Sequence record: SRR22947725_2285
Reading direction: 5' to 3' (one strand)
DNA length: 64,000 nucleotides
Below, piece after piece: positions 42,009 through 52,318 of the stretch. The translations under genes were made by a program, and so were the position numbers. Each line of letters begins with the position of its first letter. The first letter of the stretch is position 1. A model generated the notes under the pieces. The model was not told the origin of the DNA and searched no databases. It was given only the letters and a program-made list of their open reading frames with translations.

Positions 42009-43286
42009 TTAAAGAGTCCAATCGATAACTTTTGATTCTTTTTTTGTATCAAACATTAGTTCACTTTGATTAGGACTTGCCTTTGCAATAACTTCGCCAT
42101 TACGAATGACAAATAGACGCGCATTGCATAATCTTATTGCATCAATTGGGTTTTTGGCTTGATGAACAACCAAATTAGCATCACAGCCAACTTCGATACC
42201 GTAATTATCTAGTTGCATTACCTTTGCTCCATTTGAGGTAATGGCTTGGAATATTTGATGCATTTCTTGCATACCTGTCATTTGACCCACATGAAGTCCC
42301 ATACTGGCAACCTCCAGCATGTCATGTTTACCAAGGCTATACCATGGATCCATTACACAATCGTGTCCAAAAGCAACATTAACATTACTATTTAGTAACT
42401 CTTTGACCCGAGTCATTCCTCTTCGTTTTGGGTATTGATCATGGCGACCCTGAAGCGTAATATTGATTAATGGGTTTGCGACAACTTGTAGATCTGCATC
42501 TCTCAGTAAGGGAATTAATTTACTGACATAGTAATTATCCATTGAGTGCATTGAGGTTAAGTGTGAACCAGTAACTCTCCCCAAAAGACCTAAACGTTGG
42601 GTTTCAAAAGCTAGAGTCTCTACATGTCTAGACATTGGATCATCAGATTCATCGCAATGCATATCAACCAATAAACCTCGTTTTGCTGCAATTTCACATA
42701 ACAGTTTTATGGATTGGGAACCCTCATTCATAGTTCGCTCAAAATGTGGGATACCTCCAACCACTTCTACGCCTTTTTTTAATGCTCTATCCAAATTTTG
42801 AATCGAATTTTTATAGCGTAAATATCCATTTTGTGGAAATGCAACGAGTTGAATATCAATCCAATTCTGCATTTCTTTTTGTAATTCTAGAAGTGCCTCA
42901 ACAGCTAACAATCGATCATCGCTAATATCTACGTGGCTTCTAATAGCTAAACACCCATTTGCTATTGCCCAATGACATAATTTTCTAGCACGTTTTTTTA
43001 TCAGCTCTAATGTCAAGTGTGGCTTTAGTTCGTCCCATAGCTGGATTCCCTCGAGTAGTGTTCCACTTTCATTGAAGCGAGGCTGGCCGAGAGTAAGAGT
43101 TGCGTCTAAGTGGAAATGGCTATCCACATGACTTGGAGAAACTAATTGGTCTGTCGCATCAATAGTTTGAGATGCCTCACCAATAATATTTCTATCAACA
43201 GCTACTATTTTTTTATTTTGAATAGCAATATCAAATTTCTTTCGATCATCTGGAAGATTAGCATTTTTGATAAGTAAGTCAAACAT
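42009..43286 (-). CDS. codA: Cytosine deaminase-like amidohydrolase
   Basis: HFHLD, VAFPQ, GGIPHFE, DMHCDE, GSH.TSMH, G.D...DPWY. Confidence 0.85.
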   Translation of the reverse strand: MFDLLIKNANLPDDRKKFDIAIQNKKIVAVDRNIIGEASQTIDATDQLVSPSHVDSHFHLDATLTLGQPRFNESGTLLEGIQLWDELKPHLTLELIKKRARKLCHWAIANGCLAIRSHVDISDDRLLAVEALLELQKEMQNWIDIQLVAFPQNGYLRYKNSIQNLDRALKKGVEVVGGIPHFERTMNEGSQSIKLLCEIAAKRGLLVDMHCDESDDPMSRHVETLAFETQRLGLLGRVTGSHLTSMHSMDNYYVSKLIPLLRDADLQVVANPLINITLQGRHDQYPKRRGMTRVKELLNSNVNVAFGHDCVMDPWYSLGKHDMLEVASMGLHVGQMTGMQEMHQIFQAITSNGAKVMQLDNYGIEVGCDANLVVHQAKNPIDAIRLCNARLFVIRNGEVIAKASPNQSELMFDTKKESKVIDWTL

Positions 43287-44233
43287 TAGATACGATCTCC
43301 TTGTCTAAATGGTATAAGTAAAGCTTTGGGATAGGCTGCTTTTCGAGCAACAAGCATCATTGCAAGAATACTAAGAAAGTATGGCATCATAGAAAATATT
43401 TGATAAGGAATAACGTCTGCACCTATTAATTGCGCCCTAATCTGTAATGCCTCAAATAATGCAAATAAAATTGCCCCCAAGAACGCTTTACCTGGCTTCC
43501 AGGATGCAAAAATAACCAATGCAACACAAATCCAGCCCCTACCATTAATCATACCAAAATAGAATGCATCAAATGCAGACATAGTCAAAAATGCCCCACC
43601 AATAGCCATCAATGCACTCCCAGCCATAACTGCTCCAGTACGAATTAGAAGAACATTAATACCTTGAGCTTCATTAGCAACCGGATTTTCACCAGCCATT
43701 CTAATTGTTAAGCCAATTGGCATTTTATAAAGCACAAAAAAAGTTATACCTACTAATACATAGGACAAATAGGTTAATGCTGATTGATGAAAAAAGGCTT
43801 GACCAATAACTGGAATCGATGACAAAATTGGAATTTCAAATACACTAAATGGCACAATCTTTGGAGGTGTTGTGCTGAATGGTATCAATAGAGTATAAGC
43901 ATAATAACTTATAGATGAAGCTAGCAAAGTAATTCCAATTCCACTCACATGCTGAGACACGCCTAGGTAAACCACTAATATGCTGTGTAGAAAACCAAAG
44001 ATCATTCCAACAATTGCAGCAAATACAATTCCACCCCAAAGGTCTCCACCTTGATAAACCCATAACCAACCCGCCATTGCACCAATAGTCATAATGCCTT
44101 CTATTCCAAGATTGAGCACGCCTGCACGCTCACAAATTAATTCACCCAATGTAGCAAAGATTAATGGGGTTGCAATTCTGATTACGGAAGCCCATAACCC
44201 TGTTGTCAACATCATTTCAAATAATTCCACCAT
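43286..44233 (-). CDS. Nucleoside/nucleobase ABC permease
   Basis: ERAGVLNLGIEG, GRGWI..ALV.F. Confidence 0.88.
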   Translation of the reverse strand: MVELFEMMLTTGLWASVIRIATPLIFATLGELICERAGVLNLGIEGIMTIGAMAGWLWVYQGGDLWGGIVFAAIVGMIFGFLHSILVVYLGVSQHVSGIGITLLASSISYYAYTLLIPFSTTPPKIVPFSVFEIPILSSIPVIGQAFFHQSALTYLSYVLVGITFFVLYKMPIGLTIRMAGENPVANEAQGINVLLIRTGAVMAGSALMAIGGAFLTMSAFDAFYFGMINGRGWICVALVIFASWKPGKAFLGAILFALFEALQIRAQLIGADVIPYQIFSMMPYFLSILAMMLVARKAAYPKALLIPFRQGDRI

Positions 44234-44235
44234 AA

Positions 44236-45288
44236 TTATTTACCCCACACAATTCGATATCGAGTCAGCATTGCTCCAACTAGAACGGATAATAAAGATA
44301 TGGCAACTAAGATATCTGCAATATAGTTAGGTATGTCAATTGTTCGACTCATCGCATCAGCACCTACATAAATTGAAGCTAAAAATATAGCTGAAATAAC
44401 CACTCCTATTGGATGTAATTGAGCAAGCATTGCAACCGCTATTCCTGTATATCCAAACCCAGGGGACAAAGTTAAGGTTAAATAGCCTTTCAATCCTGCT
44501 ACCTCACTGACTCCAGCCATGCCCGCCAAACCACCACTAAACAGGGCTACCATTAATACTGATTTGTTAATTGATATTCCATAAAAAGTTGAGGCTTGCT
44601 GATTATGCCCAACAGCTCTTATCTCATAACCCCAAACCGTAAAACGAATTATGGCCCACATTAAAATGGACATTAGTAAGGCAACAATTATTCCAAGGTG
44701 TAATCTACTTTTAGCGACAATAGTAGGTAGAACGCCATTATCAATAATTCTAGCAGCCTGAGGCCAGCCCATTGCCATAGGATCCTTCCATGGACCCTCT
44801 AGCAACATATTTACAAATAGTAAAATTACAAAATTAAGTAATAGAGTAGTGACTACTTCATCTACTTTCATATGCGTTTTGAGAAGCACTGGCACCAACA
44901 AAATTAGACAGCCTGCTATGGCGCCTGCAATAAATAACATTGGTATCATAAGCGGCGCAGGAAGGTCAATCATTCCTGTACCAACAAGCGTTGCCGCCAT
45001 AGCCCCACAATATAATTGACCCTCTGCACCAATATTCCAAAATTTTGCTCGAAATGCTACAGCAGCAGCCAAGCCTGTAAATATCAGTGGCGTTGCTCTA
45101 GATAAAGATTCAGTAATTGCAAAAGTTGAACCCAAAGAACCTTTAATCAAAGCTATGTAAGCACGGATTGGTGATTCTCCTGCCCATAGAATAAAAAAAG
45201 CACCAATAATGAAAGCAACTCCAATTGAAAGAATGGGTAAAGCTGCAATTAACCATAAAGGGGCGTTTCTTCTTGTCTTAATTCTCAT
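44236..45288 (-). CDS. Nucleoside/nucleobase ABC permease
   Basis: WNIGAEGQ, EVVTTLLLN, G.G.TGIAVA.LA..HP. Confidence 0.88.
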   Translation of the reverse strand: MRIKTRRNAPLWLIAALPILSIGVAFIIGAFFILWAGESPIRAYIALIKGSLGSTFAITESLSRATPLIFTGLAAAVAFRAKFWNIGAEGQLYCGAMAATLVGTGMIDLPAPLMIPMLFIAGAIAGCLILLVPVLLKTHMKVDEVVTTLLLNFVILLFVNMLLEGPWKDPMAMGWPQAARIIDNGVLPTIVAKSRLHLGIIVALLMSILMWAIIRFTVWGYEIRAVGHNQQASTFYGISINKSVLMVALFSGGLAGMAGVSEVAGLKGYLTLTLSPGFGYTGIAVAMLAQLHPIGVVISAIFLASIYVGADAMSRTIDIPNYIADILVAISLLSVLVGAMLTRYRIVWGK

Positions 45289-46798
45289 AAATGCTATCCT
45301 GTTTCATCTCACCACTCATCATAAGTCCGACTTGATTTATATTAACTTTATTAGAATCAAAAGGTCCTTGAATTTTTCCATCAAATATTACTGCAATTCG
45401 ATCAGATAATTCAAATATTTCATCTAGGTCTTCACTAATAAGTAATACACCCGCACCTTTCGTTTTAGCATTTACTATTTGTTGCTGTACAAAACTAATT
45501 GCGCCTTCATCTAGTCCTCTTGCTGGTTTATTTGCAATAATAAAGCGGGGATTATTAGACAAGCTCCTTGCAAGAATTAACTTTTGAATATTCCCACCAG
45601 ACAATAACCTAGTTGATGCATATGGACCCTCACAACGAATATCATATTCTTCAATTAATTTTTCAGCGCTACTTACTGCTTGCTTTTTATCGATAAAAAA
45701 TCCTGATTTCGATTTAGAACGTAATTCCTCACCAAGGAAATTTTCCCATATTTCCATTTCACCTATAACACCCTCATTTGTTCGATCCTCTGGAATTCTG
45801 GCTACTCCAGATTCAGTAAGATAACTAGGACCATATTTATTCAATCTCTCTCCAAAGAGCTTGAATTCTCCTGAGCTTGGAGAGGCAAGACCTTGAAGAA
45901 TAGAGGCTAATCCAGTTTGACCATTACCTGCAACTCCAGCAAGACCAATAATTTCCTTTTCATGAATTGTAAGGTTTATATTGCTGAGTGAGGTTGACCC
46001 CTCCTTTGCATTTAAAGAGACATCATTAAGCTCAACAACTGCTTTACCCTTTTTTAGCTTTTCATAAGCTGGTCGAGTAACTTTTCGCCCAACCATCATT
46101 TCTGCGAGAGATTCCTTACTTGCATTTTTAGTGTCGACCTCACCGACCAGTTTGCCATGGCGAAGCACCACAATTCGATCACTAATTTCTAGTATTTCAT
46201 TTAATTTATGCGAAATAAACATGATTGATAAGCCAGCTTTTACCATCCCTTTAAGGACTTTGAAAAGGTGCTCACTCTCTTGGGGAGTAAGAACTGCAGT
46301 GGGCTCATCAAGTATCAAGATAGTTGCATCACGATAGAGTGCTTTTATTATTTCAACCCGTTGTTTCTCACCAACCGTTAAATCGGCAATTCTTGCATCT
46401 GGGTTAATTAATAAACCAAAACGCTCTGATAACTCTTGTAGTTTTTTATATGCTTGTTTTTTTTGACTCCAAAACCTCGTCAAAGGTTCAGTTCCTAGGA
46501 TAATATTTTCGAGTACTGTAAGATTATCTGCAAGAGTAAAGTGCTGGTGAACCATACCAATTCCAGCATCTAGTGAGGCTCTTGTTGAACCAGGAGTTAA
46601 TTTTTTACCCTCAACCTCAATAAACCCTTTATCACTTACATAGTGTCCAAAGAGTATATTCATTAGTGTGGTTTTACCCGCACCATTTTCACCCAATAAT
46701 GACAAAATTTCACCCTCACCAAGTGAGAGTGAAATATTGTCATTTGCTACAACAGATCCAAAACTCTTACAAATTTCGGAAAATTGTAACTTCTTCAT
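45278..46798 (-). CDS. CUT2-type tandem ABC ATPase
   Basis: GENGAGKT, MVHQHF, LDEPT, LSGGN.QK. Confidence 0.92.
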   Translation of the reverse strand: MKKLQFSEICKSFGSVVANDNISLSLGEGEILSLLGENGAGKTTLMNILFGHYVSDKGFIEVEGKKLTPGSTRASLDAGIGMVHQHFTLADNLTVLENIILGTEPLTRFWSQKKQAYKKLQELSERFGLLINPDARIADLTVGEKQRVEIIKALYRDATILILDEPTAVLTPQESEHLFKVLKGMVKAGLSIMFISHKLNEILEISDRIVVLRHGKLVGEVDTKNASKESLAEMMVGRKVTRPAYEKLKKGKAVVELNDVSLNAKEGSTSLSNINLTIHEKEIIGLAGVAGNGQTGLASILQGLASPSSGEFKLFGERLNKYGPSYLTESGVARIPEDRTNEGVIGEMEIWENFLGEELRSKSKSGFFIDKKQAVSSAEKLIEEYDIRCEGPYASTRLLSGGNIQKLILARSLSNNPRFIIANKPARGLDEGAISFVQQQIVNAKTKGAGVLLISEDLDEIFELSDRIAVIFDGKIQGPFDSNKVNINQVGLMMSGEMKQDSIYEN

Positions 46799-46807
46799 CT
46801 GATAATC

Positions 46808-47812
46808 TTAGTAAGTTGATTTTGGTTCGTCGTCATTAACTTCAATTACTAGACCCCCGCCTAAGATTTTTCTAGACATTGCTGCTACTTTAGTTTTAAC
46901 ATCACTCGCAATCCTACTATCAAACTCATAGTAAGGTGCTAAAGTGGCTCCACCTTTTTGCATCATTGTCCATTCTTTATAATCCTCAGCAGCAAAAGTT
47001 CCTGCCTTAACACGAGAGATTGCGTGATCAATTGCATTTTCCATATGCCATAAAGCTGAAGTGACTACAACATCTGAGCCATTTTCCTCTTTATTCATAT
47101 CATTAACGTTACCGAATGCAAGTATACCTTTCTCTCTTGCAGCATCAACTACACCAGCACGCTCTGCATAAAGGACATCAACACCAGCTTCAATTTGAGC
47201 AAATGCAGCTTCTTTTGCTTTCGGTGGATCATACCAAGAGCCGATAAAGCTAACTTTAAACTCAACGTCTGGATTAACTGATCTTGCACCAGCCATAAAT
47301 GCATGGAACAAGCGGTTTACTTCACCAATTGCATAACCACCTACCATACCAATTTTATTGGTTTCAGTCATACCACCAGCAATAATTCCCATCAAATAGC
47401 AAGGCTCATGAATATAATTATCAAATACTGAAAAATTACCTCCATGTTCTCCGCCATACCCACTTCCAGGATCTCCCATTAGATAAGCTATATTTGGATA
47501 GTCATCTGCTACTTTTCTAGCCTCTGCACTAATACCAAATGCTTCACCAACTATCAGGTCAACTCCACTTTCAGAATATTCCCTTAGTACTCTTACGTAG
47601 TCTGTATTTGAAACTTTTTCTGAGTTTACGTAATCAATTTCACCTCTATCTGCTGCTGCCTGTAAAGCTAAATGCAATCTTGCATCCCATTTTTGCTGCA
47701 GTGGCTGAGTATAGACTCCAGCTACTTTGATTTTGTCAGCTAAGACCTGGCCTGACAAAATAAAGCTAGATAAGGCTATAATTAATAGTTTACTAAAACT
47801 TCCTATTTTCAT
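46808..47812 (-). CDS. BMP-family ABC substrate-binding protein
   Basis: Signal peptide, E..YL.G..AG.MT, IG.VGG, GSW.DP. ATG 47812 with AAGGAG RBS. Confidence 0.88.
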   Translation of the reverse strand: MKIGSFSKLLIIALSSFILSGQVLADKIKVAGVYTQPLQQKWDARLHLALQAAADRGEIDYVNSEKVSNTDYVRVLREYSESGVDLIVGEAFGISAEARKVADDYPNIAYLMGDPGSGYGGEHGGNFSVFDNYIHEPCYLMGIIAGGMTETNKIGMVGGYAIGEVNRLFHAFMAGARSVNPDVEFKVSFIGSWYDPPKAKEAAFAQIEAGVDVLYAERAGVVDAAREKGILAFGNVNDMNKEENGSDVVVTSALWHMENAIDHAISRVKAGTFAAEDYKEWTMMQKGGATLAPYYEFDSRIASDVKTKVAAMSRKILGGGLVIEVNDDEPKSTY

Positions 47813-47981
47813 TATTTTCTCCTTTATTTTTAAAAAATGTAATACAAGCATTAATTCTTAACAAACTATAACGCAGAAGTATTACCCCTCTTATTAAGCC
47901 TCAAAAATAAATTAAAAAGCTCAACAATTTCTCCTTTACAAAAACCATATTCTGATTTAGTTAATTTTTTAACCAAAACTT

Positions 47982-48031
47982 CTTGACTGGATGGACAGGC
48001 TACATTTTTTTTATATTCTTGTCAACTATAA
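47982..48031 (-). promoter_or_regulatory. Sigma70 promoter with overlapping RutR-like box (copy 2)
   Basis: TTGACA-17 nt-TAGCCT on the minus strand plus TTGACTGGATGGACAG. 39/50 identical to 38961-39010. Confidence 0.7.
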
Positions 48032-48104
48032 AAATGAGACCAAATTTAAATAAAATTAAAAATGAATTTCTTAAAGTAATTAAAGTTTTGTTAACTAAAA
48101 ACTA

Positions 48105-49289
48105 TCAAACTCTTTCAACAGCCATAGCAACGCCCATTCCACCACCAATACAAAGAGTAGCGAGACCTTTATCTGCTTTATCACGCTCCATGCCATGCAG
48201 AAGTGTTACTAAAATTCTAGCACCTGAAGCACCAATCGGATGACCTAGCGCGATAGCACCTCCAGTAATATTTACTTTAGATTTATCCAGTCCAAGTGAG
48301 TCATTCACAGACATGGCCTGCGCTGCAAATGCCTCATTAGCCTCAATTCTATCAAGTTCAGAGGCTTTCCAGCCAGCCTTTTCTAAACACTTAGTACTTG
48401 CAGGTATTGGCCCAGTTCCCATAATTTTTGGGTCAACCCCAGCACTAGCATAAGAAACGATTTTGGCCATGGGTTTCAAGCCAAGCTCTTTTGCCTTAGA
48501 TGCACTCATTACCATTACAGCTGCTGCTCCATCATTGATACCCGATGCATTGCCTGCAGTCACTGTTCCATCTTTCTTAAAAGCGGGCCTGAGCTTTGAC
48601 AACGATTCCTCAGTTGTTCCGTGTCTAGGAAATTCATCAGTATCAAAAACGATATCGTCTCCCCGTCTTTGAGGAATAGCAATTGGTGTAATTTCGTTAC
48701 GAAATAAATCAGAAATCTGAGCGGACTCTGCCTTTTGCTGAGACTCTGAGGCAAAGTGGTCTTGAGATTCTCTTGAGTAGTCAAATTTTGAAGCAATATT
48801 TTCTGCAGTAACGCCCATGTGATAGTCATTAAATACGCACCACAAACCATCAACTACCATTGTATCGACCATCTCCCAAGGGCCCATTTTTTTGCCTTCT
48901 CTTGACTTCGGTAGGACGTGCCCAGAGAGGCTCATATTTTCTTGACCACCTGCAATAACAATTTCAGCATCCCCACAAGCAATAGCTTGAAATGCTAGCT
49001 GTACTGCCTTTAAGCCGCTACCGCAAACCTTATTAATGGTCATTGCTGGCGTCACATTTGGGAGGCCAGCATCTATAGCTGCCTGCCTAGCTGGATTTTG
49101 GCCACTGCCAGCAGTCAGCACTTGACCCAAAATTACCTCGTCAACTTGGTCGTTAGCTACTCCTGTCTTCTCAAGCAATGAGGCAATAACAGCAGAACCT
49201 AGCTTATGAGCTGGAATTGACGAAAGCGAGCCTCCAAAAGAACCTAAAGCTGTTCTGGTAGCAGAAACGATTACTATTTCATGATTCAT
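48105..49289 (-). CDS. Acetyl-CoA C-acetyltransferase (thiolase, AtoB/PhaA-like)
   Basis: [27 protein letters not shown]. Confidence 0.93.
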   Translation of the reverse strand: MNHEIVIVSATRTALGSFGGSLSSIPAHKLGSAVIASLLEKTGVANDQVDEVILGQVLTAGSGQNPARQAAIDAGLPNVTPAMTINKVCGSGLKAVQLAFQAIACGDAEIVIAGGQENMSLSGHVLPKSREGKKMGPWEMVDTMVVDGLWCVFNDYHMGVTAENIASKFDYSRESQDHFASESQQKAESAQISDLFRNEITPIAIPQRRGDDIVFDTDEFPRHGTTEESLSKLRPAFKKDGTVTAGNASGINDGAAAVMVMSASKAKELGLKPMAKIVSYASAGVDPKIMGTGPIPASTKCLEKAGWKASELDRIEANEAFAAQAMSVNDSLGLDKSKVNITGGAIALGHPIGASGARILVTLLHGMERDKADKGLATLCIGGGMGVAMAVERV

Positions 49290-49387
49290 AATGCACATTA
49301 ATAATTTTTAATGGAATTATTATAGTGCTTGAAATTGCTAAACGTTTACTTATTCTCTCTAGGTAATTTATTTATTTTATTAGTATT

Positions 49388-50482
49388 TTATTTTTTAGTA
49401 GGATGCATAATCATTCCATTTTTTGCATCATAAACGTTTAGAGAATCTACAGAGTAGCTGACATAAATAGACTCGCCTACGATGTATTTTGAATCATGAG
49501 CAACCCTTGCAATGACAGCAGTTTCACCGCGTGTTAATTGAATAATTGTTTCTGGGCCATTTGGAAGAACTGCAGTTACAGAATACTTTTCACTGGACTT
49601 AGCTTTTTCTTTTGTAACTACTAGATTCTCTGGATGAACTCCTAAAACTATTTCATTAGAATCTGGAATCCAACCAACATCGATTTGTACATCTGCATTC
49701 TTAAAGAAAGTGCTATCTTGATCGACTTTATTAAGATTAATAAGATTTATTCGGGGCATACCTATAAAATCTGCAACAAATGTATTATTTGGCTGATGAT
49801 ATAGATTACCTGGTGAAGCTACTTGTTGTATTTCACCATTTTTCATTACAACCACCCGAGTTGACATTGTCATTGCCTCAGTTTGGTCATGAGTCACATA
49901 AACAGTGGTAGCCTCAGACTCTGATTGGAATTTTTTTAGCTCGACTCTCATATCCATCCTGAGGCGTGCATCAAGATTTGACAGCGGCTCATCCATTAAA
50001 AATACTGGTGGCTTCGTTGCTAAGAGTCTGGCAAGTGCAACACGCTGCTGCTGCCCCCCTGATAATTCAGATGGATATCTATCTTCAAGCTGGTCCATTC
50101 CAAGACTCAAGAGAACGCTATCAAGTGTTTCGCTGGAAACATCTTTTGGGGTATTTAAAACATCTAAACCGAATTTAACATTATCTCTAACTGTCATATG
50201 TGGCCAAAGGGCATAACTTTGAAAAACCATTCCCACATTACGTTTTCCAGGAGGGCTCATAATTTTTTCTGAAGATGAAAAAACAACTGTATCTCCTATA
50301 ATAATTTCACCCTGATCTGGAGTTTCGAGACCTGCAAGACAACGAAGCAATGTTGTTTTTCCACAACCTGAAGGACCTAGCAAAACCATAAATTCCCCAG
50401 ATTTTATCTCCAATGAAACATTATTAAGTGCTTTTTCTGAGCCATATTTCTTAGTTAAGTTACGAATAATTATGTCTGCCAT
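49388..50482 (-). CDS. ABC ATPase (FbpC/PotA/MalK-like)
   Basis: GPSGCGKT, LSGGQQQR, DEPLSNLD, YVTHDQ. Confidence 0.92.
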   Translation of the reverse strand: MADIIIRNLTKKYGSEKALNNVSLEIKSGEFMVLLGPSGCGKTTLLRCLAGLETPDQGEIIIGDTVVFSSSEKIMSPPGKRNVGMVFQSYALWPHMTVRDNVKFGLDVLNTPKDVSSETLDSVLLSLGMDQLEDRYPSELSGGQQQRVALARLLATKPPVFLMDEPLSNLDARLRMDMRVELKKFQSESEATTVYVTHDQTEAMTMSTRVVVMKNGEIQQVASPGNLYHQPNNTFVADFIGMPRINLINLNKVDQDSTFFKNADVQIDVGWIPDSNEIVLGVHPENLVVTKEKAKSSEKYSVTAVLPNGPETIIQLTRGETAVIARVAHDSKYIVGESIYVSYSVDSLNVYDAKNGMIMHPTKK

Positions 50483-50494
50483 TTTTTATCCTAA

Positions 50495-52318
50495 TTAGTC
50501 AAGTTTTTCTCGCAATCTTGCCATCCTGCCTTTGCCAATTCGCCAAAGAATCAATTCACCTAAGATTGTTAAAATTGCAACAATCAATACAAGTGCATTT
50601 GATAGCTGGGTCAACCCCTCTTCTGCATAGCCAAAGCCAGCAGTCATGAGAACTCGTGTTGATGGAGTAATTAACAAAATAATTAATGATAGCTCACGCA
50701 TTACTCCTACAAAGCTAACCATCATTCCTGAAGTTAAACCAGAACTTGCAAGCGGCATAACAATTCGTCGAAAGCGCATACTCCAACTCGCTCCAGCAAC
50801 TTCAGCAGCCTCTTCAAGTTCTTTGCCAATCTGTGTTACCGCAGTCACTCCTGTTTTTACTGAATAAGGCAATCGACTGACTACTGAGATAAGAACTAAG
50901 AGTGTAAATGTTCCATAAAGTGCAGGTATTGGGCCAACTGGCTCTGCAAATAAAGTTAAATACATAGCACCAAAGGCAATGGTTGGAAACAAGAAAGGAA
51001 TAAAAGCAATTTGATCTAGTGCATTTGCTAAAGGATTGTCAGATCTACGAACCACTATATATGCAATGATAAGACCAATAATTGATGCGATTACTGCTGA
51101 TAGAGAGGCTAATTTCAAAGTATTCCAAGTAGCTCCTATAATATTATTATTGTGAAGAACTCCAGGCTCACCAAAGGCAATATCTGGATTAGACGTTCCA
51201 ACCCAAAAATGCCAAGTCAGATTCTCAAGACCAAAAAATCCATCAATCAACATAATGGATTGAACTGCGAGAAGAATTAAAGGAAGGATTCCAACTATAA
51301 ATGCAAATAAGGCAACAGTTATAAATACGGGCCAACGCCAACTTCCAAGATTTACTTCGCGACTTCGAAAACCCTTGCCACCTATGGTTTCAAATCTGCC
51401 AGATTTTTTCTTAATGAATCGATTTGATAGCCATATAGAAACTAGAGATATTGCAATCAAAATTACAGCTAATACAAAAGCTAAAGAATCTAGTCCAAGT
51501 GCAAGATTGGCATAAACCATCGTAGCAACTGTATGAAACTGAACTGGAGCACCCAATAAAAATGGAAGTGCAAACTGTCCTATTGTTTTTCCAAAAGTCA
51601 AGATAAATGCTGCTACAAAAGCAGGAGCAACAACAGGAAATGTTATTCTGCGTAAGATTGTCAGCTTTCCAGCTCCCGAAATAAGAGCACTTTCCTCCAT
51701 CTGAGAATCAATTGTAGCTAGAGCACCCGCAACTAAAAGATAAGCAAAAGGGAAATAGTGAATCGCTAAAGTAATTGAAATTGGTATCGTTCCGTAAGAA
51801 ATCCATTCAGGCGGAGCAACTCCTAATATAGACTCATACAATCCTGGCTGTCCACCTACTTTTGGACTTCGAAATACTGTTTCCCAAGCTAGTGCTATTG
51901 CAAAAGAGGGAATGATATAAGGAAGCGTAAGAATGGGTTGAAGCCAACCTTTTCCAGGCATATTTGACCTCACCACACACCATGCTAAAGTTCCTCCCGC
52001 TAAAAGTGCGAGAACTGTCGAAATCATGCCTGTAATCAGCGTATTTACTAGAGGACTATATAGCATTTTTTCTGAAATAGGACTAGCGGTTGCTTGAAGC
52101 CAATGAAACCAAGTAAACTCACCAGGGACCGCATCTCTTGAAAGACGTCGGTCACCTTCACCCCAGGTAAGTGTTTCTAATACTAACTGAAAAAATGGCC
52201 ACAACACTAAATAAGAGAGCACCAACAAAAGAAGAGCCAATGCAATATTTACTGGATTAAGCAAGAATTGACGAATCATTGTGTCAATCCATTTTTTTTG
52301 TGAAGAAAAATTAATCAT
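50495..52318 (-). CDS. Fused double-domain ABC permease (FbpB/AfuB-like)
   Basis: Two EAA loops (MEESALISGA and LEEAAEVAGA), about 12 TM. Confidence 0.88.
   Translation of the reverse strand: MINFSSQKKWIDTMIRQFLLNPVNIALALLLLVLSYLVLWPFFQLVLETLTWGEGDRRLSRDAVPGEFTWFHWLQATASPISEKMLYSPLVNTLITGMISTVLALLAGGTLAWCVVRSNMPGKGWLQPILTLPYIIPSFAIALAWETVFRSPKVGGQPGLYESILGVAPPEWISYGTIPISITLAIHYFPFAYLLVAGALATIDSQMEESALISGAGKLTILRRITFPVVAPAFVAAFILTFGKTIGQFALPFLLGAPVQFHTVATMVYANLALGLDSLAFVLAVILIAISLVSIWLSNRFIKKKSGRFETIGGKGFRSREVNLGSWRWPVFITVALFAFIVGILPLILLAVQSIMLIDGFFGLENLTWHFWVGTSNPDIAFGEPGVLHNNNIIGATWNTLKLASLSAVIASIIGLIIAYIVVRRSDNPLANALDQIAFIPFLFPTIAFGAMYLTLFAEPVGPIPALYGTFTLLVLISVVSRLPYSVKTGVTAVTQIGKELEEAAEVAGASWSMRFRRIVMPLASSGLTSGMMVSFVGVMRELSLIILLITPSTRVLMTAGFGYAEEGLTQLSNALVLIVAILTILGELILWRIGKGRMARLREKLD

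Noticed and set aside
47983..48243. 86-aa + strand ORF
   Set aside because: TTG start without RBS. It overlaps the thiolase antisense and covers the promoter/operator, so it is likely spurious.
48105..49289. Thiolase as part of the pyrimidine regulon
   Set aside because: It lies upstream of the RutR-boxed promoter and has no box of its own.
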